In this document: one piece after another, positions 16,761 through 25,283 of the stretch
How positions within the stretch are numbered: the stretch's first letter is position 1
How the letters are laid out: each line of letters opens with the position of its first letter
Source: Sphingomonas sp.
GTDB lineage: Bacteria; Pseudomonadota; Alphaproteobacteria; Sphingomonadales; Sphingomonadaceae
Assembly (NCBI GenBank): GCA_019635535.1
Contig: JAHBZH010000001.1
Location: 1,018,995-1,082,994, forward strand
Direction: 5' to 3'
Length of the DNA stretch: 64,000 nt
Position numbers and translations under genes: made by a program
The notes under the pieces: generated by a model
What the model was told of the DNA's origin: nothing
Database searches by the model: none
What the model saw: the letters and a program-made list of their open reading frames with translations, nothing else

Positions 16761-18350
16761 TCAAGCACTCCTCGCGAAACGCAGCGGCTTGACCCTTTTC
16801 ACGCCGGGCAGCGCCTCCAGCCGCCGGACCAGATGGTCGGCGATATGGCCGTCCACCGACACCAAGGCCACCGCTTCGCCGCCCACTGCGCGGCGGCCGA
16901 GATGGAAGGTGGCGATATTGACCGCCGCCTCGCCCAAGGCGGTGCCGAGCCGGCCGATGAAGCCCGGTCTGTCCTCGTTGACGAAGTAGACCATTTCGCC
17001 GGCCAGGTCGGCCTCCACCGCGACGCCGAACATGTCGACGAGGCGAGGCGCGGCATTGCCAAACAGGGTGCCGGCGACGCTGCGCGGACCCTCCGGCGTC
17101 GCGGCGGTGACGCGCAGGAGGGTGTGATAGTCGCTCTCATGCGCGTGGCGCACCTCGCGCACGTCGAGCCCACGCTCCTTCGCGAGGAAAGGTGCGTTCA
17201 CCATGTTCACCGTGTCGGAATAGACCGCCATCAGCCCGGCGAGCACGGCCGCCGTGATTGGCTTCTGGTTCAGCTCGGCCGCCGCACCCTCGACCTCGAT
17301 CGAGACCTTCTGGATGCGGTCGCCATCGACCTGGCCGAGCAGCGAGCCGAGCTTCTCGGCCAGCTCCATATAGGGGCGCAGCTTCGGCGCCTCCTCGGCG
17401 CTGAGCGAGGGCATGTTGAGCGCGTTGGCGACGCCGCCGCGCACCAGATAATCGGCCATCTGCTCGGCGACCTGGATGGCGACATTGACCTGCGCCTCGG
17501 TAGTGGAGGCGCCGAGATGGGGCGTGGCGACCAGGTTCGGCGCGCCGAACAGGGGATTGTCGGTGGCCGGCTCCTCGACGAACACGTCGAGCGCCGCGCC
17601 GGCGACATGGCCCGATTCGAGCGCCCCGCGCAGCGCCGCTTCGTCGATCAGGCCGCCGCGCGCGCAATTGATGATCCGCACGCCCTTTCGGGTCTTCGCC
17701 AGATTCTCCGCCGACAGCACGTTGCGGGTCTGGTCGGTGAGCGGCGTGTGCAGGGTGATGAAGTCGGCGCGGGCGAGGAGCTGGTCCAGCTCCACCTTCT
17801 CGACGCCGAGATCGACGGCGCGCTCGGGCGTGAGGAAGGGATCGAAGGCGATCACCTTCATCTTCAGGCCCAGCGCCCGGTCGGCGACGATCGAGCCGAT
17901 ATTGCCGCAACCGATCAGGCCCAGCGTCTTGGCGGTGAGCTCCACGCCCATGAAGCGGTTCTTCTCCCACTTGCCCGCCTGGGTGGAGGCATCGGCCTGG
18001 GGCAGCTCGCGGGCCAGCGCGAACATGAGGGCGATGGCGTGCTCGGCGGTCGTGATCGAATTGCCGAAAGGCGTGTTCATGACGACGACGCCGCGCGCGG
18101 TGGCGGCGGGGATATCGACATTGTCGACGCCGATCCCGGCCCGGCCGATCACCTTGAGCCTGGGCGCGGCGGCGAGCAGGTCCGCCGTCACCTTGGTCGA
18201 GGAACGGATGGCAAGACCGTCATAGTCGCCGATGATCGCCTTGAGCTCGTCCTTGGCGAGGCCGGTCTTCTCGTCCACCTCGACCCCGGCGGCGCGGAAA
18301 ATCTCGGCGGCCTTGGGGTCCATCTTGTCGGAAATCAGCACCTTGGGCAT
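16761..18350 (-). CDS. serA: D-3-phosphoglycerate dehydrogenase
   Basis: GRAGIGVDNVD, GCGNIG, NCARGGL, TPHLGAST, ASB and ACT domains. Confidence 0.97.
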   Translation of the reverse strand: MPKVLISDKMDPKAAEIFRAAGVEVDEKTGLAKDELKAIIGDYDGLAIRSSTKVTADLLAAAPRLKVIGRAGIGVDNVDIPAATARGVVVMNTPFGNSITTAEHAIALMFALARELPQADASTQAGKWEKNRFMGVELTAKTLGLIGCGNIGSIVADRALGLKMKVIAFDPFLTPERAVDLGVEKVELDQLLARADFITLHTPLTDQTRNVLSAENLAKTRKGVRIINCARGGLIDEAALRGALESGHVAGAALDVFVEEPATDNPLFGAPNLVATPHLGASTTEAQVNVAIQVAEQMADYLVRGGVANALNMPSLSAEEAPKLRPYMELAEKLGSLLGQVDGDRIQKVSIEVEGAAAELNQKPITAAVLAGLMAVYSDTVNMVNAPFLAKERGLDVREVRHAHESDYHTLLRVTAATPEGPRSVAGTLFGNAAPRLVDMFGVAVEADLAGEMVYFVNEDRPGFIGRLGTALGEAAVNIATFHLGRRAVGGEAVALVSVDGHIADHLVRRLEALPGVKRVKPLRFARSA

Positions 18351-18371
18351 TTCGCTTTTCCTCTGATCGGG

Positions 18372-18438
18372 GCGTTGCTGCGAAAGCAGGAACCCAGAAT
18401 TGGTGTGTGAAGCTGGGCTCCTGCCTTCGCAGGAGCAC
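18372..18438. repeat. REP-like palindromic element, degenerate
   Basis: 26-nt inverted arms (GCGTTGCTGCGAAAGCAGGAACCCAG / CTGGGCTCCTGCCTTCGCAGGAGCAC); same architecture as 56073-56155. Confidence 0.7.
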
Positions 18439-18444
18439 GGGAGG

Positions 18445-19572
18445 TCAGGACGACTTCGCCTCGGCATAGGCCCAGTCGAGCCAGGGGCCGAGCGCCTCGA
18501 TATCCGACGAATCGACCGTCGCGCCGCACCAGATGCGCAGTCCCGGCGGGGCGTCGCGATAACCGGCTATGTCGTAGGCGGCGTCCTCCGCCTCCAGCAG
18601 CGCGGCCATCTTATTGATGAGCGCCGCGTCGGCACCCGCGACGGTCAGGCACATGCTGGTCTTCGACCGGCTGGCCGGATCGGCGGCGAGATGGCCGAGC
18701 CAGGGGCGCGCCTGCACGATGGCGTCGAGCGCGGCGGCATTGGCCTCGGTGCGGCGGAGCATCGCGGGCAGGCCGCCCAGCTCTTTCGCCCATTCCAGCG
18801 CGAAGATCGCATCCTCGACGGCGAGCATAGAGGGCGTGTTGATCGTCTCGCCCGAGAAGACGCCCTCGATCAGCTTGCCGCCTTTGGTGAGGCGGAAGAT
18901 CTTGGGCAGCGGCCAGGCGGGGCTGTGACCTTCCAGCCGCTCGACCGCGCGGGGGCCGAGGATGAGCACGCCGTGCCCGCCCTCGCCGCCCAGCACCTTC
19001 TGCCAGGAGAAGGTGGCGACATCGATGCGGTCCCAGGGCAGATCATAGGCGAAGACCGCGCTGGTCGCGTCGGCGAAGCTCAGCCCCTCACGGTCTTCGG
19101 CGATCCAGCCGCCGTCCGGCACGCGCACGCCCGATGTCGTGCCGTTCCAGGTGAACAGCACGTCATTCGTCCAATCGACCTGCGAAAGATCGGGCAGCGC
19201 GCCGTAATTGGCACGCAGGACGGTCGGGTCGAGCTTGAGCTGCTTGACCGTGTCGGTCACCCAGCCCTCGCCGAAGCTCTCCCAGGCGAGCGTCGTCACC
19301 GGCCGCGCGCCCAGCATCGTCCACATCGCCATTTCGAAGGCGCCGGTGTCGGAGCCCGGCACGATGCCGATCCGGTGCGTGTCCGGCAGGCGCAGCACGT
19401 CGCGCATCAGATCGATGCAATAATGCAGGCGCGCCTTGCCGAGTCTGGAACGATGCGAACGCCCCATGCAGCCGGTCACGAGCTTTTCGGGAGACCAGCC
19501 CGGCGGCTTCGCGCAGGGACCGGAGGAAAAATACGGACGCGCTGGACGCACGTCTGGCTTCAGCTCAGTCAT
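18445..19572 (-). CDS. serC: Phosphoserine aminotransferase (alphaproteobacterial type)
   Basis: FSSGPCAK, GSDTGA, WNGTTSGV, DATSA, FSWQK PLP lysine, NTPSML. Confidence 0.95.
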   Translation of the reverse strand: MTELKPDVRPARPYFSSGPCAKPPGWSPEKLVTGCMGRSHRSRLGKARLHYCIDLMRDVLRLPDTHRIGIVPGSDTGAFEMAMWTMLGARPVTTLAWESFGEGWVTDTVKQLKLDPTVLRANYGALPDLSQVDWTNDVLFTWNGTTSGVRVPDGGWIAEDREGLSFADATSAVFAYDLPWDRIDVATFSWQKVLGGEGGHGVLILGPRAVERLEGHSPAWPLPKIFRLTKGGKLIEGVFSGETINTPSMLAVEDAIFALEWAKELGGLPAMLRRTEANAAALDAIVQARPWLGHLAADPASRSKTSMCLTVAGADAALINKMAALLEAEDAAYDIAGYRDAPPGLRIWCGATVDSSDIEALGPWLDWAYAEAKSS

Positions 19573-19575
19573 GTC

Positions 19576-19625
19576 AACGACTCTCCTTCCAGAGAGCCCG
19601 CACCGCGTTGGGGCGGCGTGGCCCG
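19576..19625 (-). ncRNA. Probable serC leader RNA
   Basis: Hairpins CCGC-CCCAAC-GCGG and CTCTC-TGGAAG-GAGAG, the last overlapping the serC SD; position matches the known alphaproteobacterial serC leader; boundaries approximate. Confidence 0.5.
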
Positions 19626-19721
19626 TCGATGGCGTTACGGGAGAAGGGCATCCGCCGCAAGCGCCTCTCGCTTCGACTCGTCTTTCTTGACCGCCGCGTC
19701 CGCGCGAATCAGGCTTGGGTC

Positions 19722-20369
19722 ATGCGGCGGGGGCTCCTCCTGGCGACGATGCTGGTGTTGGCGGGATGCATCCCGCGCAGCGAGCCGCGCGCGCCGCCGC
19801 GGTCGGAGCCGCCGCCGCGCGCCACGGCCCAGCCCGATGCGGCGACCCGGCAATGCTTTGGCGAGCTGGCGCGCGAAGGCGTGCGCTTCCAGCCGCTGCC
19901 GGACCGGCATTTCCAGAACGGCTGCTCGGCGCTCGGCGCGGTGCAGCTCGAGGAGATCGGCACGCCCGTCGCCAATCTCGGCGCGATGACCTGCCGGCTC
20001 GCCCGCCAGTTCGCGCGCTGGACGCGCGAGGCGGTGCAGCCCGCCGCCGGCCGCTTCCTGGGATCGCCGGTGCGGCGGATCGAGACGTTCGGCACCTATT
20101 CGTGCCGCAGCGTCAACAGCCGCCCGGGCGCGCGCCTGTCCGAACATGCCTATGCCAATGCGGTGGACGTGGCCGCCTTCGTCCTTGCCGACGGCCGGCG
20201 CGTCACGGTGGAGCAGGGCTGGCGCGGTGGCCTGGACGAGCAGGATTTCCTGCGCGCGATCCATCAGGCGGGTTGCCGCCGTTTCAGCATCACAATCGGA
20301 CCCGACGCCGACGCCTATCATCAGGACCATCTCCATTTCGATATGGGACGCGGCCCCTATTGCCGCTGA
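19722..20369 (+). CDS. Extensin-like family lipoprotein
   Basis: Lipobox LAGC; GTYSCR, SEHAYANAVD, HQDHLHFD. Confidence 0.85.
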   Translation: MRRGLLLATMLVLAGCIPRSEPRAPPRSEPPPRATAQPDAATRQCFGELAREGVRFQPLPDRHFQNGCSALGAVQLEEIGTPVANLGAMTCRLARQFARWTREAVQPAAGRFLGSPVRRIETFGTYSCRSVNSRPGARLSEHAYANAVDVAAFVLADGRRVTVEQGWRGGLDEQDFLRAIHQAGCRRFSITIGPDADAYHQDHLHFDMGRGPYCR

Positions 20370-20427
20370 ATCAGGGGCTTGGAGGTTAAGGATTCACCTT
20401 CGGCCGAAACCGCTCTAAAGCCGGGTG

Positions 20428-21303
20428 ATGACAGACCCAGTTCCGCCGAAGCGCGTTTTCCATCCCGCCCGCGAGGAGGCCGCGACGGCCGCCCACGCGA
20501 CCGTCAGCCCGCAGACCGTCACGCCGGCCTATCGCCTGGCTTTTCAGGACATGGATTTCCTGCTGCGCGAGGATTTGCGGCCGGTCCGCTTCCAGCTCGA
20601 ACTGCTCAAGCCCGAGCTGCTGCTCGACGAGGCGAATATCGCGACCACCTTCGTCTTCTACGGATCGGCGCGGATTCCGGAGCCGTCCAAGGCGCAGGCT
20701 TTGGTCGATGCCGCCGCCACCGATCATCAGCGGCTGGTCGCCGAACGGCTCAAGGCGAAAGCGAAATATTATGACGAGGCGCGCAAGCTCGCCCGTATCG
20801 TCAGCCGCGTCGGCCCGGACACCGAAGGGCGCCGCCAGTTCGTCGTCTGCTCGGGCGGCGGGCCCTCGATTATGGAAGCCGCCAATCGCGGCGCCACGGA
20901 CGAGGGGAAAGAGTCCATCGGGCTCAACATCGTGCTGCCGCACGAGCAGCATCCCAATGCCTATGTGACCCCGGACCTGTCCTTCCAGTTCCACTATTTC
21001 GCGCTAAGGAAGATGCACTTCCTGCTGCGTGCGCGGGCGGTGGCGGTGTTCCCGGGCGGGTTCGGGACGTTCGACGAATCGTTCGAGCTGCTGACCCTTA
21101 TCCAGACCGGCAAGATCAAGCCGATGCCGATCATCTTCTTCGGCCGTGAATTCTGGGACCGGGTGGTCAATTTCCAGGCGCTGGTCGACGAAGGCGTGAT
21201 CTCGCAGGCCGATCTCGACCTGTTTTCCTTCTGCGAGACGGCGGAAGAGGCCTGGGAGATCGTCTGTCGCCATTATGCGGAGACGCCGGGGGCGATCTGC
21301 TGA
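20428..21303 (+). CDS. LOG family protein (TIGR00730-like)
   Basis: FYGSAR, SGGGPSIMEAANRGA, FHYFALRK, FPGGFGTFDE. Confidence 0.9.
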   Translation: MTDPVPPKRVFHPAREEAATAAHATVSPQTVTPAYRLAFQDMDFLLREDLRPVRFQLELLKPELLLDEANIATTFVFYGSARIPEPSKAQALVDAAATDHQRLVAERLKAKAKYYDEARKLARIVSRVGPDTEGRRQFVVCSGGGPSIMEAANRGATDEGKESIGLNIVLPHEQHPNAYVTPDLSFQFHYFALRKMHFLLRARAVAVFPGGFGTFDESFELLTLIQTGKIKPMPIIFFGREFWDRVVNFQALVDEGVISQADLDLFSFCETAEEAWEIVCRHYAETPGAIC

Positions 21304-21304
21304 C

Positions 21305-22093
21305 ATGGGCTGGTTCGGCCCGAAGCTGCCGATCGACCTGGACGAGCTGGATTTCCAGCTCGCCACCTTCAAATGGCTGATCGCGCAATTCGGGCCGGTG
21401 GGCGGGCAATTGCTGATCCTCCCGACGCGCGCGTTCTTCCCGCTTTCCGGCGCCGGCGGAGAAGCCGGCGTCCTTGAAATTTTCGAAGCGGTGCGTGGTC
21501 ATGCGGGCATGGCGGACTGGCCCTGCGAGCTGCAGGGCGGCCAGCAGAATCGCCCCTTCGACGTGGGTAACAACATTTTCCTGAAGCATAGCGGCAGCGC
21601 GCCCTGCGGGACCTTCGAGATCGGCGAAGGCCCGACCGGAACTTGCGGCATCATCACCTACAATCCCGACATGGCGCACGACATGGCGGGGCTGGCGGCG
21701 ACCTTCGCGCACGAATTCGGCCATTATCTGATGGCGACGGCGACGACCGCCCCGCCGGGCGGTTGGGACCTGCATGAGCTGCACACCGATCTTGCCGCCA
21801 TCTATCTCGGCTTCGGCATCTTCCTTGCCAATCACGCACGCTCGTTCGAGCATTTCGCGACCGAAGGCAGCACGGGCTGGCGCAGCTCTATCCAGGGCTA
21901 TCTGAGCGAGCAGGCGCTGGTGACGGCCCTTTGCATATTCCAGCGTCTTGCCGGCCGGGAACCGGCCGAGGCGGAGCCCCACCTGAAGCCCTATCTGACG
22001 AGCGTCCTCAAAAATGCCGACAAGGCACTGCGCAAGACCGCGCCGGATATGATGGCGGCGGTCGAGGCGATGAATCTCGACGATTTCGCCTGA
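21305..22093 (+). CDS. Hypothetical protein with HExxH motif
   Basis: Clean ORF closely coupled to the LOG gene; FAHEFGH. Confidence 0.7.
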   Translation: MGWFGPKLPIDLDELDFQLATFKWLIAQFGPVGGQLLILPTRAFFPLSGAGGEAGVLEIFEAVRGHAGMADWPCELQGGQQNRPFDVGNNIFLKHSGSAPCGTFEIGEGPTGTCGIITYNPDMAHDMAGLAATFAHEFGHYLMATATTAPPGGWDLHELHTDLAAIYLGFGIFLANHARSFEHFATEGSTGWRSSIQGYLSEQALVTALCIFQRLAGREPAEAEPHLKPYLTSVLKNADKALRKTAPDMMAAVEAMNLDDFA

Positions 22094-22094
22094 A

Positions 22095-22727
22095 TCACTC
22101 GGCGGCGGGCGCGGCCGCGTTGGCTTCGGCCGGCGCGGCCTCATTGCCCTCCGCGGGTGCCGCTTCGTTGCCCGCTTCGGCCGCCGGCTCCTCGACCGCG
22201 GGCGGCGGCGGGAGCTGCAGATTGCCCCCCTGCTGGTTCATGTAGAGCAGCAGGTCGGCGCGTTCCTGCGGATTGGACAGGCCTGCGAAGGTCATCCGGG
22301 TGCCCGGCGCGAAGGTGCGGGGTGAGGCCAGCCAGGCGCTCATCGTGTCCCAGTCCCAGGTGCCGCCGCGCGAGCGCAGCGCATCCGAGAAATTGAAGCC
22401 GGCATGACCGGTACCGACGGCCTCGCCCATCACGCCGTAGAGATTCGGGCCGAGGCCGTTGGCACCGCCCTGGTTGATCGTGTGGCAGGCGGCGCACTTG
22501 CGGAAGGCGCCTTCGCCGCGGGCCGCATCGGCGGTCTGCAGGAAGTGGGCGATCGGCGGCTCCGCGTCGGCGGCGCCGGACGATTCTTCCTCCACGCCCT
22601 CGATCGGATAGCCCATCGTTTCGGGGCGTTCCGACTTGAAGACCTGCCCGGTGACCAGCGTGCTGCCCAACAGGACGATGCCCGCGCCCAGCACCCATCC
22701 CGCAATCGTGTTGAACCGATCGTCCAT
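22095..22727 (-). CDS. Membrane-anchored cytochrome c (CycM/c2-like)
   Basis: N-terminal TM helix, CAACH, GPNL, PGTRMTFAGL. Confidence 0.92.
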   Translation of the reverse strand: MDDRFNTIAGWVLGAGIVLLGSTLVTGQVFKSERPETMGYPIEGVEEESSGAADAEPPIAHFLQTADAARGEGAFRKCAACHTINQGGANGLGPNLYGVMGEAVGTGHAGFNFSDALRSRGGTWDWDTMSAWLASPRTFAPGTRMTFAGLSNPQERADLLLYMNQQGGNLQLPPPPAVEEPAAEAGNEAAPAEGNEAAPAEANAAAPAAE

Positions 22728-22857
22728 GCCGCTTTCTTGCCTCCGAAGGTGCGCGGCCTCCCCTGGCCGGCTTCAAGCTGATTGGCGCCCCCTTTATGCG
22801 GGCGCGGCGCGCGCCGCAAGCCGGGCACGCACCTAAGGCGAAAGCGGGCCGGCGCAC

Positions 22858-22925
22858 TTATTCCCGTTATCCTCATTATCCACAGGCGGAATCCGTTTGG
22901 TGCGACTCACTTTTCATGACAGCCT
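22858..22925 (+). promoter_or_regulatory. Promoter module of large element 1
   Basis: Tandem TTATTCCCG-TTATCCTCA-TTATCCACA (22858-22884); GANTC at 22889 and 22904; TTGGTG-N17-CAGCCT. Confidence 0.55.
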
Positions 22926-22930
22926 TCCTT

Positions 22931-23664
22931 CCGTGGCAGAGACGATCGACCGGCAACGGACGAGAGCCTTCCCAGCCACGGCCCGAGCGAGGAGCCCTTG
23001 CGTCCCACCAGACGAAAGGTCCGAGCGGAGGCGGGGCGGCTGACGAAGCCGCCGCCAGGCGGAAGCTGCGGACTTGTCCTTTGGCGGATGCGAAAGCGGC
23101 AGGCTTCGTGAAGCGCCCAACCGGAACCGGAGGCCTTCGGGCGGACGGGACCGGGCAGGCAGGAAGAGAATCCTTCGGGGTTCGCGAACTGCCCGGTGGA
23201 AAGCGGGATCTTCGGATTTACGCACCGCCACCGGCGAGAAGGGAGGTTTCGGCCGAACGGATTGTCGGGCAGGACCGGGCCTGGTTCCCGGGAGCTGCGA
23301 AACCGGCGAGAGCCCAGGGCTTCGGCTCATGGCTCGCCAGGCGGAACCAGCGGCTTCGGCCAAGGATCCCGCCGGCTCCGGCACCAAGGCTTCGGCGGCG
23401 GTGACGGGAAGGCGGGAAGCGGAACGCGAGTTCCAAATCCGCCAAGCGGCGAACCGCCAGGGCTTCGGCCCTGACGGGGAGCCTGCGGGGAAACCCGAAC
23501 GAAGCTCACGCTTCGGGAAGGGACTCCGGGAACCGAAGCCAAGGCCCCCGGCCTGGTCAGGTTTCGAAATCGCCCTCGCGGACTGCCTCGCCTCCCAGGC
23601 TTGGTGTTCACCCGCGGCGGGACAGTGGGGGCCGGCGGCAACGCCGGCCCCCATTGCTGTTTCG
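22931..23664 (+). ncRNA. Candidate large structured ncRNA, copy 1 (about 730 nt); family not recognised
   Basis: About 9 UUCG-loop hairpins plus GAAA/GCAA loops on the + strand; ends shared with 25243-25692; own terminator; start inferred. Confidence 0.65.
23624..23664 (+). terminator. Terminator of large element 1
   Basis: TGGGGGCCGGCG-GCAA-CGCCGGCCCCCA then TTGCTGTTTC. Confidence 0.7.
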
Positions 23665-23716
23665 GCCTTGGCGCCGCCCGGCGCGCCCGATCGGCCCTGC
23701 TGCGGTTTCCCCCTGC

Positions 23717-23745
23717 TTGATCTGGCGCAAGACAGGCGCGATAGT
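23717..23745 (+). promoter_or_regulatory. Putative sigma70 promoter of the bactofilin gene
   Basis: TTGATC-N17-GATAGT upstream of RBS GAGGAGG. Confidence 0.4.
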
Positions 23746-23769
23746 CCCCGCCAAGCGAGGAGGGGCCAC

Positions 23770-24264
23770 ATGTTCTCACGCAAGGATTCGAAGCCCGGCA
23801 CGCGGTCCGGCCGATCGTCGTCGTCCGGTCTGTCCTTCATCGGGCCGGAGGTGGTGATCAGCGGCGATCTGACCACCAGCGCACAGCTCCATGTCGACGG
23901 GCGCATCGACGGCCATGTCCGTTGCGGCCAGCTTTGCCAGGGCGAAAGCGGAATCATCGCCGGCGATCTCACCGCCGACGAGGCGCGAATCGCGGGCCTG
24001 ATCGAAGGCACGGTCAACGCCGCGACGCTGGTCGTCGAGGCGACCGGGCGGATTGCCGGCGACGTGACCTACGAGACGATCAGCATCGCCGCCGGCGCGC
24101 GGATCGACGGCCGGCTCGCCCGGCGCGCGGCGCTGGCGGCCGGGCCGGGTGCCGACGACGTGCTGATCGCGACGCCCACCACGCCCGCCGGCAAGGGCAA
24201 GGCCGCCAGCAGCACCGACCTCTTCCCCGCCGGCAGCAAGCCCGAGGCGCTGGTGGTCGATTGA
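23770..24264 (+). CDS. Bactofilin (polymer-forming cytoskeletal protein)
   Basis: SFIG...ISGDL...LHVDGRIDGHV...GE.G.I.G.L.A....IAG.IEG.V beta-helix pattern; strong RBS before ATG 23770. Confidence 0.88.
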   Translation: MFSRKDSKPGTRSGRSSSSGLSFIGPEVVISGDLTTSAQLHVDGRIDGHVRCGQLCQGESGIIAGDLTADEARIAGLIEGTVNAATLVVEATGRIAGDVTYETISIAAGARIDGRLARRAALAAGPGADDVLIATPTTPAGKGKAASSTDLFPAGSKPEALVVD

Positions 24265-24728
24265 TGGCCAAGCATGTCGCGACGATCGACTGGTCTTCGG
24301 ACGGCCAATTCGCCAGCGGGCGCTACAGCCGGCGTCACGAATGGCGCTTCGACGGCGGCGCCGTGGTGCCGGGCTCCGCGTCGCCCGACGTGGTGCGTGT
24401 GCCCTTTTCCGATCCCGCCGCAGTCGATCCGGAGGAGGCCCTGGTCGCCGCAGCCTCGTCCTGCCACATGCTCGCCTTCCTGTGGGTCGCGCACAAGGCG
24501 GGGTTCGAGGTGGCGAGCTATCGCGACGATGCGGAAGGCACGATGAGCGAGGTCGCGCCGGGGCGCCTGGGCATGACCCGGATCGTGCTGCGGCCCCGGA
24601 TCGTCTTCGCGGGACGCGCGCCGGCCGGCGAGGAGCTGGACCGCCTCCACCACGACGCGCACGAGCAGTGTTTCATCGCCAATTCGATCAAGAGCGAGAT
24701 CGTCATCGAAGTCCCCGCCGAAGCTTGA
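24264..24728 (+). CDS. OsmC family protein
   Basis: YSRRHEW, DPEEALVAAASSCHML, CFIANS. Confidence 0.88.
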   Translation: MAKHVATIDWSSDGQFASGRYSRRHEWRFDGGAVVPGSASPDVVRVPFSDPAAVDPEEALVAAASSCHMLAFLWVAHKAGFEVASYRDDAEGTMSEVAPGRLGMTRIVLRPRIVFAGRAPAGEELDRLHHDAHEQCFIANSIKSEIVIEVPAEA

Positions 24729-24729
24729 G

Positions 24730-25128
24730 CTAAAGGCCCCACCAGGGCAGCTTGGCGTAATAGCCCGTCACGTCCTCATAATCGCGCGGTTGCGGCCGGT
24801 CGGCCTGGTCGAGCCGCATGGTCGGCGCCACTTCGAGTTGCTCGCGGGTGAGATCGATGGCATAGGCGTCGAGATCGACATCGTAGGTCAGCACTTCCCA
24901 CGGCACCGGATGGGCCTTTTCGCTCAGCCCGAGAAAACCGCCGAAGCTCAGCACCGCATAGGCGACCTGGCCGCTGCTTTTGTCGATCATTACCGAATGG
25001 ATCGCCCCGAGCCGCTCCCCAGCGCGATTGTAGACCGGCGTGCCCTCGACGCGCCGTGACGAGATCAGCGCGTTCCGCCGATCGAGCGCCTCGCTTTCGT
25101 TGAGCAGGGGCCGCGCATCCTGAGACAT
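24730..25128 (-). CDS. PRC-barrel domain protein
   Basis: LISSRRVEGTPVYN, IDKSSGQVAYAVLSFGGFLG, PVPW; RBS AAGGAG before ATG 25128. Confidence 0.88.
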   Translation of the reverse strand: MSQDARPLLNESEALDRRNALISSRRVEGTPVYNRAGERLGAIHSVMIDKSSGQVAYAVLSFGGFLGLSEKAHPVPWEVLTYDVDLDAYAIDLTREQLEVAPTMRLDQADRPQPRDYEDVTGYYAKLPWWGL

Positions 25129-25242
25129 GGTCCGTCTCCTTTCCGCCCCCGGAGCGATCGAATATAGCAGGATCGACCGGCGAAAGCACGCTTTCCCGGC
25201 GGGCGCTATGGCGCAGGCGGATGTCTGGAGAGGCTCGATACC

Positions 25243-25283
25243 GCTCAAAGCAATGGGGGCCGACGTCGCCGCCGGCCCCCACT
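25243..25283 (-). terminator. Terminator of large element 2
   Basis: On -: TGGGGGCCGGCG-GCGA-CGTCGGCCCCCA then TTGCTTTG; 33/35 identical to 23624-23658. Confidence 0.7.

Noticed and set aside
16761-16790. serA C-terminal ARSA extension as a REP remnant
   Set aside because: Only loose similarity to the 18413-18438 arm; too short to support
23074-23769. N-terminal extension of the bactofilin ORF, and overlapping ORFs 22796-23404 and 22914-24017
   Set aside because: No domain signal; the translation mirrors hairpin sequence; a strong RBS and promoter precede ATG 23770; long open frames are common at this GC content
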